Of a DNA stretch of 64,000 bases, positions 29,176-38,299 are shown piece by piece (the stretch's first letter is position 1; every line of letters begins with the position of its first letter). The translations under genes and the position numbers were made by a program. The notes beneath the pieces were generated by a model. The model saw only the letters and a list, made by a program, of their open reading frames with translations, had not been told where the DNA came from and did not search any database. Source of the DNA: an uncultured Bacilli bacterium (GTDB lineage: Bacteria > Bacillota_I > Bacilli_A > RF39 > UBA660); contig CALVRE010000042.1 in the NCBI GenBank assembly GCA_944358455.1, forward strand, positions 299-64,298, read 5' to 3'.

Positions 29176-30120
29176 TTATAATTCAAAAATTGTATTTTTT
29201 ATAAATTTATAGTCTGTTTTATACTTAATTCCTCGTATCAAACGAAACATCGCTTCGTCTTTTGCTTTCGCTTCCAACATGATATCACAGTCTTGATTCG
29301 TAAATTTTATCTTTTCTAAAAAGGCTAAAAAAGAATCTAAATTGACATAATCATGATGACTACGAAACTCTTTCTTACTTTTAGGAGAAGAAAAATGAAT
29401 CTTGGGGACATAATTCGTGTCTTTCCAGGTTTGGAAAATCGCTTCGATATAATCCTCTACTTTCTCTCCGTGATTATTGCATAAATGATGATGATAATCC
29501 AACACCATCGGAATTTTCAACGTTTCACATACTTCCAACGTATCTTTCATCGTAAAAATTTTATCGTCATTTTCTAAAATAATATGTTTTTGTAAATAAG
29601 GATCAAGTTCTTTAAAACGTTTGATAAATCGTTTTTTACTCGCTTCCACTCCGAACGTGCCACTTCCAATATGCAGAATCATTTGTCCATCGATTTGCAT
29701 CGACTGAAACATAAATTCGTGATATTTGAGCATATTAATACTGGAGAGAACAACTTCAGAGCGAACACTGTTTAAAACACAAAATTGATCTGGATGAGTA
29801 TCGACGCGCATGTGATAACGTTTGATCAGTTTCCCAATTTTTTGCCACTCTTCCTGATAACGTTTTAAATCCAAAGTTACCTTTGGATGAGTCGCAAACG
29901 GAATAAGATTAGATGTCATTCGATAAAATTCAATTTCGTTTTTATAATTATAAAGAAGGATTTCTTTTAAATTACTAAAGTTAGATAAAATAATTTTTTC
30001 TAATTTTTCTTCTCTTTGACTAGGATTACAAGACTCATAATATGTATAAGTCATACTCGAAGACGAAGTTAAGGGTGCAAGTGTTAAAGGAATTGCTACA
30101 TAGCCTAATCTGATTTTCAT
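29176..30120 (-). CDS. uvsE: UV damage endonuclease (UvdE/UvsE)
   Basis: RLGYV, HPDQF, LENDDK and DYHHH motifs of the UvdE family. Confidence 0.8.
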   Translation of the reverse strand: MKIRLGYVAIPLTLAPLTSSSSMTYTYYESCNPSQREEKLEKIILSNFSNLKEILLYNYKNEIEFYRMTSNLIPFATHPKVTLDLKRYQEEWQKIGKLIKRYHMRVDTHPDQFCVLNSVRSEVVLSSINMLKYHEFMFQSMQIDGQMILHIGSGTFGVEASKKRFIKRFKELDPYLQKHIILENDDKIFTMKDTLEVCETLKIPMVLDYHHHLCNNHGEKVEDYIEAIFQTWKDTNYVPKIHFSSPKSKKEFRSHHDYVNLDSFLAFLEKIKFTNQDCDIMLEAKAKDEAMFRLIRGIKYKTDYKFIKNTIFEL

Positions 30121-30138
30121 ATTCTCACCACTTTTAGT

Positions 30139-30696
30139 ATGGATAGAAAGGAGGAAAACATGACATTAAAACAAGAAAAAATCATCGCTGTTATCGGAAC
30201 TTTTTTGCTGGCTTTTTTGTTTCATTTTCTGTATGAATGGTTTCCGAATACACTATGTTCCATTTTCTTTCCCGTCAACGAAAGTATTTGGGAACACATG
30301 AAATTATTATTTACACCAATTCTAACCTTCGGTATCGTGGAATTCTTGATTTTAAAATATCTTCATATCAAAACTCATAATTATTTTTTCTTTTTAACGA
30401 TTTTAGCTTTACTCAGTATCCCATTCTACCTTCTTTTTTATCTACCTATTTATTACATGATAGGAGAACAAATGTGGTTCAATATTGCTCTATTATTTCT
30501 CGTTATTTTACTCGTTCACATTGTTCATTATTTTCTCATTCAAAAAGATCTACACTTTTACTCCAATGTTTGGGCTGTCTTACTTGTCATAATCGGTTAT
30601 ATTATATTCGGATATCTTACCTATCAGCCAATCAAAAGTGATCTCTTTTTTGATCACTTAAACGAAAAATACGGTGTTAATACTTATCGTATATAA
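30139..30696 (+). CDS. Hypothetical polytopic membrane protein
   Basis: A 185-aa hydrophobic ORF with the RBS AGGAGG. Confidence 0.5.
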   Translation: MDRKEENMTLKQEKIIAVIGTFLLAFLFHFLYEWFPNTLCSIFFPVNESIWEHMKLLFTPILTFGIVEFLILKYLHIKTHNYFFFLTILALLSIPFYLLFYLPIYYMIGEQMWFNIALLFLVILLVHIVHYFLIQKDLHFYSNVWAVLLVIIGYIIFGYLTYQPIKSDLFFDHLNEKYGVNTYRI

Positions 30697-30728
30697 CAAA
30701 AAAGGAAAGTTTTCACTTTCCTTTTTAT
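30696..30728. terminator. Bidirectional Rho-independent terminator
   Basis: AAAGGAAAGT-TTTC-ACTTTCCTTT with A- and T-runs on both sides. Confidence 0.55.
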
Positions 30729-30733
30729 CTAGT

Positions 30734-31939
30734 CTACGGTTCATATCCATACAAATCATACAATTCATCTAAAGCACATTGTACGGTTTCACAAGTTGTA
30801 TATCCTAAGCTATTGTCATATGCTGTGATTCTGGCATGTGGCGTTGCGACCATCGTAACTTCTACACTTTTACTACTAACATGTCCTGCTGCATCGGTTA
30901 CCCAGAAATAAACGGTTCCATTTTCTTTTGCCGTATAAGTATAAGTTTGTTCAGATGTTGTTGCGCTAACATTCGTAAAGGTATTCGGTTGATTATTTGT
31001 GGTTGTCCAAGCATAACCGGTAATACCACTTTGACTATCGATCACTTTTGCCGTTACAGTATTGGTTAATCCTAATGTTGTTTGAGCAGTAAGACTTGAA
31101 ATAACAGGTGGCGTTTTATCTAATTGATAATGCATACTATTAACATTCGAACAGATTTCTGTCGTATGTGGCGTTTTTGCATTATCTGTTGCGGTTATAC
31201 AAATTGCATATTTGCCATCATTTTGAATTGCTACAATAGTTCCACTTGGATCAGCATCAGTCGTTGGTGTGCAGGTGGAATTCGTGGTTAAGCAATATTT
31301 AAATTCGGTTATTGCTACATCATCTGTTGCGCTTATTTGAACATTAAAATTTTCCGTTTTCCAAATGCTATCCGGCTCTGGATTAAACGTGATTGTTGGT
31401 GGCGTAATATCGATATACACATCACCAAAAATAAAGTTAAACTCAGCTGAATATGTTGTAGAGGATGTACCATTATTCTTAATTACAAGTGTAATAGTAA
31501 CACTTTCACCTGCTGGTATTTCATCGATTCCCACTTTATAATCGGTAATTTCATATGTAATGTTACCATTTAATTCATCACGAATCTCTTCGATCAATTT
31601 ATTATTACTACTATTATTTGTAATCGTAATCTTATAAGTAATCGTAGCATTTTGATTTGGCAATACCCCTTTACTAACTAATAAATCATGACTATATTGA
31701 TAATTTCCGTTCTCATAAGCACCATTCGATAGAATTGGCCCTTCGACATTCGTAATTCGAATATCTCGATCTGGTCTTATTTCAGTATTTGTTCCAATAC
31801 TAAGAACTCGAGAAAGTAAAGAAAAACCAATGGTTAAACTAAATAAAAATAACAACAGCAGAAAAACAAGAACTACTTTTCTGGTTCTCGAAGAATAATA
31901 AAAAGAATCTTTCCACTTGTTTCTCTTATAATTTTTCAT
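30734..31939 (-). CDS. Secreted or surface Thr/Asn-rich protein with a SipW-cognate-like signal peptide and Ig-like repeats (TapA-like accessory candidate)
   Basis: A hydrophobic N-terminus is followed by FSLLSRVLSIGTNTE, a cleavage-region motif shared with the two TasA-like proteins. The start was set at MKNYK, with RBS GGGTG. Confidence 0.6.
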   Translation of the reverse strand: MKNYKRNKWKDSFYYSSRTRKVVLVFLLLLFLFSLTIGFSLLSRVLSIGTNTEIRPDRDIRITNVEGPILSNGAYENGNYQYSHDLLVSKGVLPNQNATITYKITITNNSSNNKLIEEIRDELNGNITYEITDYKVGIDEIPAGESVTITLVIKNNGTSSTTYSAEFNFIFGDVYIDITPPTITFNPEPDSIWKTENFNVQISATDDVAITEFKYCLTTNSTCTPTTDADPSGTIVAIQNDGKYAICITATDNAKTPHTTEICSNVNSMHYQLDKTPPVISSLTAQTTLGLTNTVTAKVIDSQSGITGYAWTTTNNQPNTFTNVSATTSEQTYTYTAKENGTVYFWVTDAAGHVSSKSVEVTMVATPHARITAYDNSLGYTTCETVQCALDELYDLYGYEP

Positions 31940-32039
31940 TTCCAACACCCGATTATTATGTATCTTTACTATTCATATTTTACCTTATTTTTCCATTTTT
32001 ATCAACACCAGATGACATAAAAAGTACATTTCTATAAAA

Positions 32040-32069
32040 TAAAAAGAAAGTAACTTTCACTTTCTTTTT
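32040..32069 (-). terminator. Rho-independent terminator after the bitopic-protein gene
   Basis: AAAGAAAGT-loop-ACTTTCTTT followed by a T-run. Its sequence is similar to the hairpin at 30700. Confidence 0.5.
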
Positions 32070-33081
32070 ATTTTAATATATATTGATAGATAATATTTTC
32101 ATCTACAATTATAAAGATACTTGAATTTTTCTTTCGGTAATGTAAAATTGGTTTTTCGACATTTTCTCGTGCATCCATCAACTCTTCGAAAGATGATACT
32201 ACCACTACCTGCTTTCCTTCTGTAGATGGAAGTACTTTTGTTTCTACAATCGCACGATCATAATGTTTTTGAATTTTATCTAATTCGATTCGATAATGTC
32301 CTTTCGCTTTCTTCTCTTCTTCGATCATGCGAACAAGAGCAAGAACAACGAAGATTTCTAGTAAAATTCCTACCCAGAAAAAGAAGAAAAAGACAATATT
32401 CGTTATTTCTAATTGATTTTCCTCTTCCACAATAGAAGATTGATTGATATCTTTATATTGCATTCCTACTTGAATCGTCTGTTCTGTCAAAGGGATCTTC
32501 ATCTCTAAAGATTCATTTTTAATAACAGGATTTTTAAATTCGTCATATCCTGTCGTAATATGGATATTCAACTTTACTTGTAAATAACTATCTAAAGATA
32601 AGGCATAATCACTTTTAAATTCACTAATAATTTGATTATATTGATCATAATCAATTTGTACATCATCTGATATCGTAAAACTTTGTGCATGATCAACCTG
32701 TTGTTGTTGTAAATCTTTTAAAACATAATCCTTTTGATATAGTATTTGACTTTCATTTCCAGGCTCATGAGCAATGACAGTACCCGTAATATCATAAGAA
32801 TAATTCATATCGACATTCTTATCGGTATAATATGTATAATGAAAATTTACTGCAATGTAATCAATCAAACTTGCAATATATTGTCGTCCGGCCGGAAGAT
32901 AATCCTCCTCGAAATAATCGTTTTCCTTTAAATAGACATAATAGTCAATTTTACTTTGTTCTTGTACTTCTAATTGTCTTATATCAGCAAAACTAATACT
33001 TTCTTTCAAACAAAATATCGATACGATCAATACAGCTATAAATAAGAGAATACATGACCCTTTCTTAATAATTTTCTTCAT
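32068..33081 (-). CDS. Bitopic membrane protein (N-terminal signal-anchor, large extracytoplasmic domain, C-terminal TM helix plus ~90-aa cytoplasmic tail); hypothetical
   Basis: The start was set at MKKIIKK with RBS GGAGG. It is translationally close to the upstream peptidase gene. Confidence 0.55.
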   Translation of the reverse strand: MKKIIKKGSCILLFIAVLIVSIFCLKESISFADIRQLEVQEQSKIDYYVYLKENDYFEEDYLPAGRQYIASLIDYIAVNFHYTYYTDKNVDMNYSYDITGTVIAHEPGNESQILYQKDYVLKDLQQQQVDHAQSFTISDDVQIDYDQYNQIISEFKSDYALSLDSYLQVKLNIHITTGYDEFKNPVIKNESLEMKIPLTEQTIQVGMQYKDINQSSIVEEENQLEITNIVFFFFFWVGILLEIFVVLALVRMIEEEKKAKGHYRIELDKIQKHYDRAIVETKVLPSTEGKQVVVVSSFEELMDARENVEKPILHYRKKNSSIFIIVDENIIYQYILK

Positions 33082-33085
33082 ATGT

Positions 33086-34225
33086 TTACCTCCATTCACT
33101 TAACCAGACGCTTGGATATCCAATCGCAGGAATTCTCAATCTTGCAACGCCTATAATATCTTTTTCATAAATGACCATTGCATCTATATCGTCGTTATTA
33201 TCACCTTTGGTTCGATAAGTATAATTTCCATCTTGAGAGTCATTTTTTTGGACAACGCGGTGAACAATAACCCGATTATCATTACGATACACCAAAACAT
33301 CTCCCACTTCTATTTCATCTTTCTCTTTATCTGTCAGCTTATCTACAATAACGACATCGCCTCTTTTAATGTTCGGACTCATCGATGGCGATACGATCGC
33401 TAAAAAGTAATATTTAAAGAAACCACTCGTTAAAAGAATGACCACTATGACCAATATCCCAAAACATGCATTCACAATCATTCTTCCAGGATGCTTTGAT
33501 TCCCTAACAAAAAACATTCGTTCTTTCTTCGTCGCCCTATAAATTAATAAACAAACGATAAAAGGAAAAACTATCTCTAATATACTGGTTAAATAATTTC
33601 CTAAGTTCGGATAAATCGGCACCATATAAATTGGCAATTCCGTCAACAAGCGAAACCAAATGACCGATTTCCAAGAAATGTGATACATTAAAAAAGTAAA
33701 CGCTATATTTTTAGCAATACTAGGTAAAATAATTAAACTAATATTATCGATGATAGCATTGATATCATGTCCAAGTGGAAATGCTCCTCTAGCATCAAAT
33801 AAAATCAAAAATAATACTAATAAAGTTAACACAATCTTTTCGTGAGATCCATTCTTATATTTCGATACCACTTCATAACGTAATAACTCTTCTGCAACAA
33901 TCACTAATATTACAGGCAAAATATTTTGAAGTATAGTCAGAAAATCCAAACTATAAACGGTTCTAGCATATCCAGTAAAAATACCTAACACATAGACAAT
34001 GACAAAATAACATATCACATAACTAATCAAACTAAAGTTAATATCTAACGTTTTTTCCGACTTATCTTTTTCAAAGCCTTTTAGCAACACTATGACAATA
34101 AAGAAGATCGTCAAAAAAACAAATCCTAACAGTTGATTCGAAATAAAACGAAACAAAAAATTATTGCAAAGAATCAAAATAATTGCAATCAATTCAATTA
34201 AAACGATTTTTTGGTACTCCCTCAT
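33086..34225 (-). CDS. Fusion protein: CPBP (CAAX/Abi-type) intramembrane metalloprotease domain plus C-terminal type I signal peptidase (S26, SipW-like)
   Basis: The N-terminal ~270 aa is polytopic with EELLRYE (EExxxR) and FLMYH (FxxxH) CPBP motifs. The C-terminus has SPSMSP (catalytic Ser box), RGDVV, HRVV and GDNN S26 boxes. Confidence 0.7.
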   Translation of the reverse strand: MREYQKIVLIELIAIILILCNNFLFRFISNQLLGFVFLTIFFIVIVLLKGFEKDKSEKTLDINFSLISYVICYFVIVYVLGIFTGYARTVYSLDFLTILQNILPVILVIVAEELLRYEVVSKYKNGSHEKIVLTLLVLFLILFDARGAFPLGHDINAIIDNISLIILPSIAKNIAFTFLMYHISWKSVIWFRLLTELPIYMVPIYPNLGNYLTSILEIVFPFIVCLLIYRATKKERMFFVRESKHPGRMIVNACFGILVIVVILLTSGFFKYYFLAIVSPSMSPNIKRGDVVIVDKLTDKEKDEIEVGDVLVYRNDNRVIVHRVVQKNDSQDGNYTYRTKGDNNDDIDAMVIYEKDIIGVARLRIPAIGYPSVWLSEWR

Positions 34226-34337
34226 TCACATCACCAATCAATATTGTCGTTACTATATTTTATATTATAATATATTCTTTTGTTTTTATCAAGAATATCT
34301 ATCACAAAATTTACTTTTTGCAATATTAAAACAAAAA

Positions 34338-34357
34338 AAGAGAGACATAACTCTCTT
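34338..34357. terminator. Bidirectional terminator after TasA-like paralog B
   Basis: AAGAGAGA-CATAA-CTCTCTT with A- and T-runs. Confidence 0.5.
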
Positions 34358-34359
34358 TT

Positions 34360-34938
34360 TTAAGCTTGAACATAAGTGATTGTTGCACCAGAACCATTAA
34401 CTGTTACATCAGCCGTAGGTAACTGAGTTGCAGTATCTTTATAGGTAACTGTTAATTTAACTGTTTTGGTTTCGTCAGCATTTAACGTATCATTTTGAGC
34501 AATAGCAGTTCCGCCATCTACATATGTTAATGTATACTCATATGAAGTTTCTACTAAAGTTTCATCTGCGTCTTTAGTGTCTCCACTTCCAGTAAATGTA
34601 GGCGTCTTAGGAGAATAAGTACCAATCTTGGCATTGATTTCTCCATCATTTACGATATCGAACGTATAACTAACAGAATCTCCTGGAGCTTTTAACACAA
34701 CACCAGTTAAAGTTACAGTAGTATTATCTAAGCTAATACTACCTTTGTCAGCAGTACCAGTTACTTCTCCTGCACTGGCATTTTCAAAGTGAACATTCCA
34801 GCTCGCATTTAAAGATTGTACAGTAGAATCTGTATTAATATTTAATACTTGTGATAATGCTGCATAACCTAGTGTTACTCCTCCTATTGCGATAATCAAC
34901 GCAGCGATCGCTATTGTTCTTAGTGTTTTGCTTTCCAT
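34360..34938 (-). CDS. TasA/camelysin (M73)-like secreted protein, paralog B
   Basis: The signal peptide ends in GYAALSQVLNINTD. VVLKAPGDSVSYTFDIVNDGEI resembles the TasA motif LKPGD..F.F.N.GSL. RBS is GGAGGA. Confidence 0.65.
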   Translation of the reverse strand: MESKTLRTIAIAALIIAIGGVTLGYAALSQVLNINTDSTVQSLNASWNVHFENASAGEVTGTADKGSISLDNTTVTLTGVVLKAPGDSVSYTFDIVNDGEINAKIGTYSPKTPTFTGSGDTKDADETLVETSYEYTLTYVDGGTAIAQNDTLNADETKTVKLTVTYKDTATQLPTADVTVNGSGATITYVQA

Positions 34939-35175
34939 ATAAACTATTTCCTCCTCACTTCTAATTTTTATAACACCACTACTATGTTATACAATCTCAT
35001 TATAAAAAAATTTTTGATAAATTTCAATACTTTTTTTACTTTTTTCGACATATTATGCATTTCTATGGTCAATAAAGCTTTAAAAATCAACGGAAATTGA
35101 TATCCAACAAAAAATTCAAAATGCTACCAAAAGTAAAAAAATTGAGCAAAATTTGAATCATAGGAAATCTTTCTT

Positions 35176-35210
35176 ATAAAAAAGAAAGAGAACCACCATT
35201 CACTCTTTCT
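35176..35210 (-). terminator. Rho-independent terminator after TasA-like paralog A
   Basis: AGAAAGAG-loop-CTCTTTCT with a T-run on the minus strand. Confidence 0.55.
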
Positions 35211-35229
35211 CTATGTGTATTACATTTAT

Positions 35230-35805
35230 TTATGCTTGTACATACGTGATAATGACACCTGATCCGTCGATATTAACATCGTTTGTAGGTTCGAAATCAC
35301 CTTTTAGTTGATATGTGATCGTCAGCTTTAAAGTTTTTCTTTCGCCCTCATTTAAAACGTCTGACACGGTAAGTGGTGTTCCATCTTCATACGTTAATAT
35401 ATACTGATAGGCATCTCTTACGATTGCTTCATCTACTTCCGATGTCTCACCAAAACCTGTGAAACTTGGATTCTTATAATCGATATTTCCGATTTTCGCA
35501 TCCAAATTTCCATCATTTACGACTTCAAATGTATATGTAACAGAATCTCCAACATTTTTTAGAATAACGCCGTTTAACGTTATGTTAGTGGCATTTAATG
35601 TTAAGATTCCTTTCTCTGCATTTCCCGTAATGATTCCATTGCTTGCGTTTTCAAAATGAATATTCCACTTTGTATCTGGCGTTTGAACATAAGAATTTGC
35701 CTCCACTTTCAATATCTGAGAAAGTGCGGCATAACTGATTGACAATGCTCCAATGGCAAGTATGAGTGCTGATACAGCAATTGTTCTTAATGTGTTCTTT
35801 TTCAT
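35230..35805 (-). CDS. TasA/camelysin (M73)-like secreted protein, paralog A
   Basis: The signal peptide ends in SYAALSQILKVEAN. VILKNVGDSVTYTFEVVNDGNL is the same TasA-like motif. The start was set at MKKNT with RBS AGGAGGG; the gene is monocistronic with its own terminator. Confidence 0.65.
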   Translation of the reverse strand: MKKNTLRTIAVSALILAIGALSISYAALSQILKVEANSYVQTPDTKWNIHFENASNGIITGNAEKGILTLNATNITLNGVILKNVGDSVTYTFEVVNDGNLDAKIGNIDYKNPSFTGFGETSEVDEAIVRDAYQYILTYEDGTPLTVSDVLNEGERKTLKLTITYQLKGDFEPTNDVNIDGSGVIITYVQA

Positions 35806-35865
35806 ATACCCTCCTAATTCTAATTTAATTGTAACCTCTTTGACGATGTTTTTCAAGATTCATTT

Positions 35866-35903
35866 CAAAAAAACACAAAAAAAGGGAACTAATACTAGTT
35901 CCC
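35866..35903 (-). terminator. Rho-independent terminator, candidate end of the comE transcript
   Basis: GGGAACTAGTATTAGTTCCC followed by TTTTTTTGTGTTTTTTT on the minus strand. Confidence 0.5.
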
Positions 35904-36214
35904 AATCTATATAAACGCTACCAGTAGCGTCTACCTAAAGATAAGTTCAAATGAATGATTTCATTCGTACTTATCTTCTTTGAAACGATGTCTCGTTTTT
36001 TACATATACATATGAAGAGATGTAACTACTCATAATATATCCATTTCTTCTGATAATATTCCTAGTATCATTTCTTCTCAATATAATATATGATCATTCA
36101 AACATTCTGTGATTGATAAAAAAGATAATATCATAACAATGCATATATACTTCCAACATCACCACAATATTCAATCTATTGATTCTACCAATCATGATCC
36201 ATCCTTTCTTCTCT

Positions 36215-38299
36215 TTATGGTATACAAGTTTTCATTTCTAATTTTTTATGTTTAATTTTAAACATCATACTACCGTTTAAATCAGTTCTATAAATCATAG
36301 AGTTAGAGAGATTTTCTAGTACTTTATCATGAGGATGACCATACCAATTGTTTTTTCCTACTGATATAATGGAATATTTTGGATGAATACTACTTATAAA
36401 TTCTTCACTGGAACTTGTCTTACTCCCGTGATGTCCCACTTTCAATATGTCTATATCCGTAAGATCATATTTTTTTAAAATATCCTCTTCTACCTCTATT
36501 CCTGCATCTCCCATGAATAGCATTTTAACTCCATTATAATCAAAATATAATACATTAGAATTATCATTTTCATTATCGTATAATTTGTGATTTAAAAAAT
36601 ATATCTTGTGCCCCTTTAAATTTAATTCTTTGATGTTTTGACAATACTCAATCCTTTTTTCGTCTAGTATTTTTATTAGTTCTTGTTCTAACTCGTTATA
36701 ACCATCTGGATTAAAAATTACTTTTTCGATCGGGAAATGGTTTACTAAATAAAACGCTTCCCCCATATGATCGAAATCGCCATGAGTGAAAAGAAGAAAA
36801 TCAAGTTTTTGAATTCCTCTCGACTTCAAATAAGGAATTAACGTATTTTTGCTGATATTGTAATCATAGTCTTCCAAATTCATTAAATTTCCCCCTGTAT
36901 CAATCAGAATATTTCCTCGATTATACGGAAGTTCCATCAAGATCGCATCTCCTTGTCCTACATCTAATACGGTTACTACCACATAGTTGCGAAAATACGG
37001 CATCATATATAAAATAGCCAGTAAAACTGGTAATAATAGCATTCTTCTTTTTCGATAATGATAGATTCCAATGATGATCCATATCAAACTAGCGATTAAT
37101 ATACCTAAAAAGACAAACGATGGTTTCATAAAGGAAATCGTGAATAAAGAATAAGAGGATAATCGTTGCGATAGCGTTTCTAAAATAGAAATTAACACGT
37201 GATAGATTTTTCCTAGTGGCGCAAATAACAAGACAAAAAAAGAAAGTGGGAATAATAAATAGGTCACGTATGGAACAAAAAACAAGTTATAAATAGGCGT
37301 TAGAAAAGTCAGTTCAAAATTATAAGTAAGAGAGATGGGAATCCCTGTCAAAAAGGCAAGCAGAGAAATCAACCATAATTTTCGAAAATATCCTTTTTGT
37401 TCTTTTAAATAACGATTGCCATAGATGAGTACAAACGATATAGTAAAACTATAAAGAAAACCCAAATGATATACATAATAAGGATTATAGAAAAGTAAAC
37501 AAGAAATAACGAACATCAACAAATAAATGGTGTCGATTTTTAAATGAACAATCTTTCGTAATGTCAAAAGATAAAATAATAAAAGTGCTCTTAAAATAGA
37601 GGGAGAAAAACCAGTTACGAATGAATAAAATAATAAAATGATACTAACGATTGCATAATTTCTCTTTTTGTCTTTCCAAAAGCGATTTAAAATGGCAAGA
37701 ATGGTCGTTGCCATAAACGTAATATGCATTCCGGAAACGGAAAATAGATGACTGATGCCATTATGCTGATAACTATCTAATACATCTTCCTTAATATCAC
37801 TGCTATCTCCTAATAATAGATATTTTAAATAATCGGCGTGTTCTTTGGTATCAAAATAATCATTGATTTTTCCTTTCCAATCGTAAAGTAACGAATGATT
37901 CTTGTTTACTAAACGAATATCGGTAGGTACTAGTTGATAATAAATTTTTTTACTCAATAAGTAGTTACGGTAATTAAATAACCCAAAGGTACGATTCGTA
38001 GATGGTAATTTCAAAGTTCCTTCCACTTCGATTTGATCTCCTACTTCATAATCGAATGGTTCATAGATTGTCATAATGACTTTTTCTTTTCCTTTTATTT
38101 CGACTGTCGTTCGATCTTCTTGATTTTTCAAGGATACGATCGTTCCGATTATTTTTATTTCTCCTTCGTGATAAGAAGAAAAAATGATTTTTCCTTTGAC
38201 CACCCAAAAAGAATATACGAATGAGACAAAAAGAAGAAAAAGATAAAATTTCTTAGATTGTAATATAATCTTTAAGTTTTTCAAATGTACTATCGCCAA
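36215..38299 (-). CDS. comEC: DNA internalization competence protein ComEC/Rec2 (with metallo-beta-lactamase domain)
   Basis: An N-terminal OB/DUF4131 region and polytopic competence domain are followed by a C-terminal MBL fold (VLDVGQGDAIL, HGDFDHMG). Confidence 0.9.
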   Translation of the reverse strand: MAIVHLKNLKIILQSKKFYLFLLFVSFVYSFWVVKGKIIFSSYHEGEIKIIGTIVSLKNQEDRTTVEIKGKEKVIMTIYEPFDYEVGDQIEVEGTLKLPSTNRTFGLFNYRNYLLSKKIYYQLVPTDIRLVNKNHSLLYDWKGKINDYFDTKEHADYLKYLLLGDSSDIKEDVLDSYQHNGISHLFSVSGMHITFMATTILAILNRFWKDKKRNYAIVSIILLFYSFVTGFSPSILRALLLFYLLTLRKIVHLKIDTIYLLMFVISCLLFYNPYYVYHLGFLYSFTISFVLIYGNRYLKEQKGYFRKLWLISLLAFLTGIPISLTYNFELTFLTPIYNLFFVPYVTYLLFPLSFFVLLFAPLGKIYHVLISILETLSQRLSSYSLFTISFMKPSFVFLGILIASLIWIIIGIYHYRKRRMLLLPVLLAILYMMPYFRNYVVVTVLDVGQGDAILMELPYNRGNILIDTGGNLMNLEDYDYNISKNTLIPYLKSRGIQKLDFLLFTHGDFDHMGEAFYLVNHFPIEKVIFNPDGYNELEQELIKILDEKRIEYCQNIKELNLKGHKIYFLNHKLYDNENDNSNVLYFDYNGVKMLFMGDAGIEVEEDILKKYDLTDIDILKVGHHGSKTSSSEEFISSIHPKYSIISVGKNNWYGHPHDKVLENLSNSMIYRTDLNGSMMFKIKHKKLEMKTCIP

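Noticed and set aside
32360-32400. An A5GAAGA5G homopolymer-rich run inside the 32068-gene, a candidate phase-variation or frameshift site
   Set aside because: It encodes a plausible TM segment (VFFFFFWVGILL) in frame. The runs are only 5 nt, short for slipped-strand switching.
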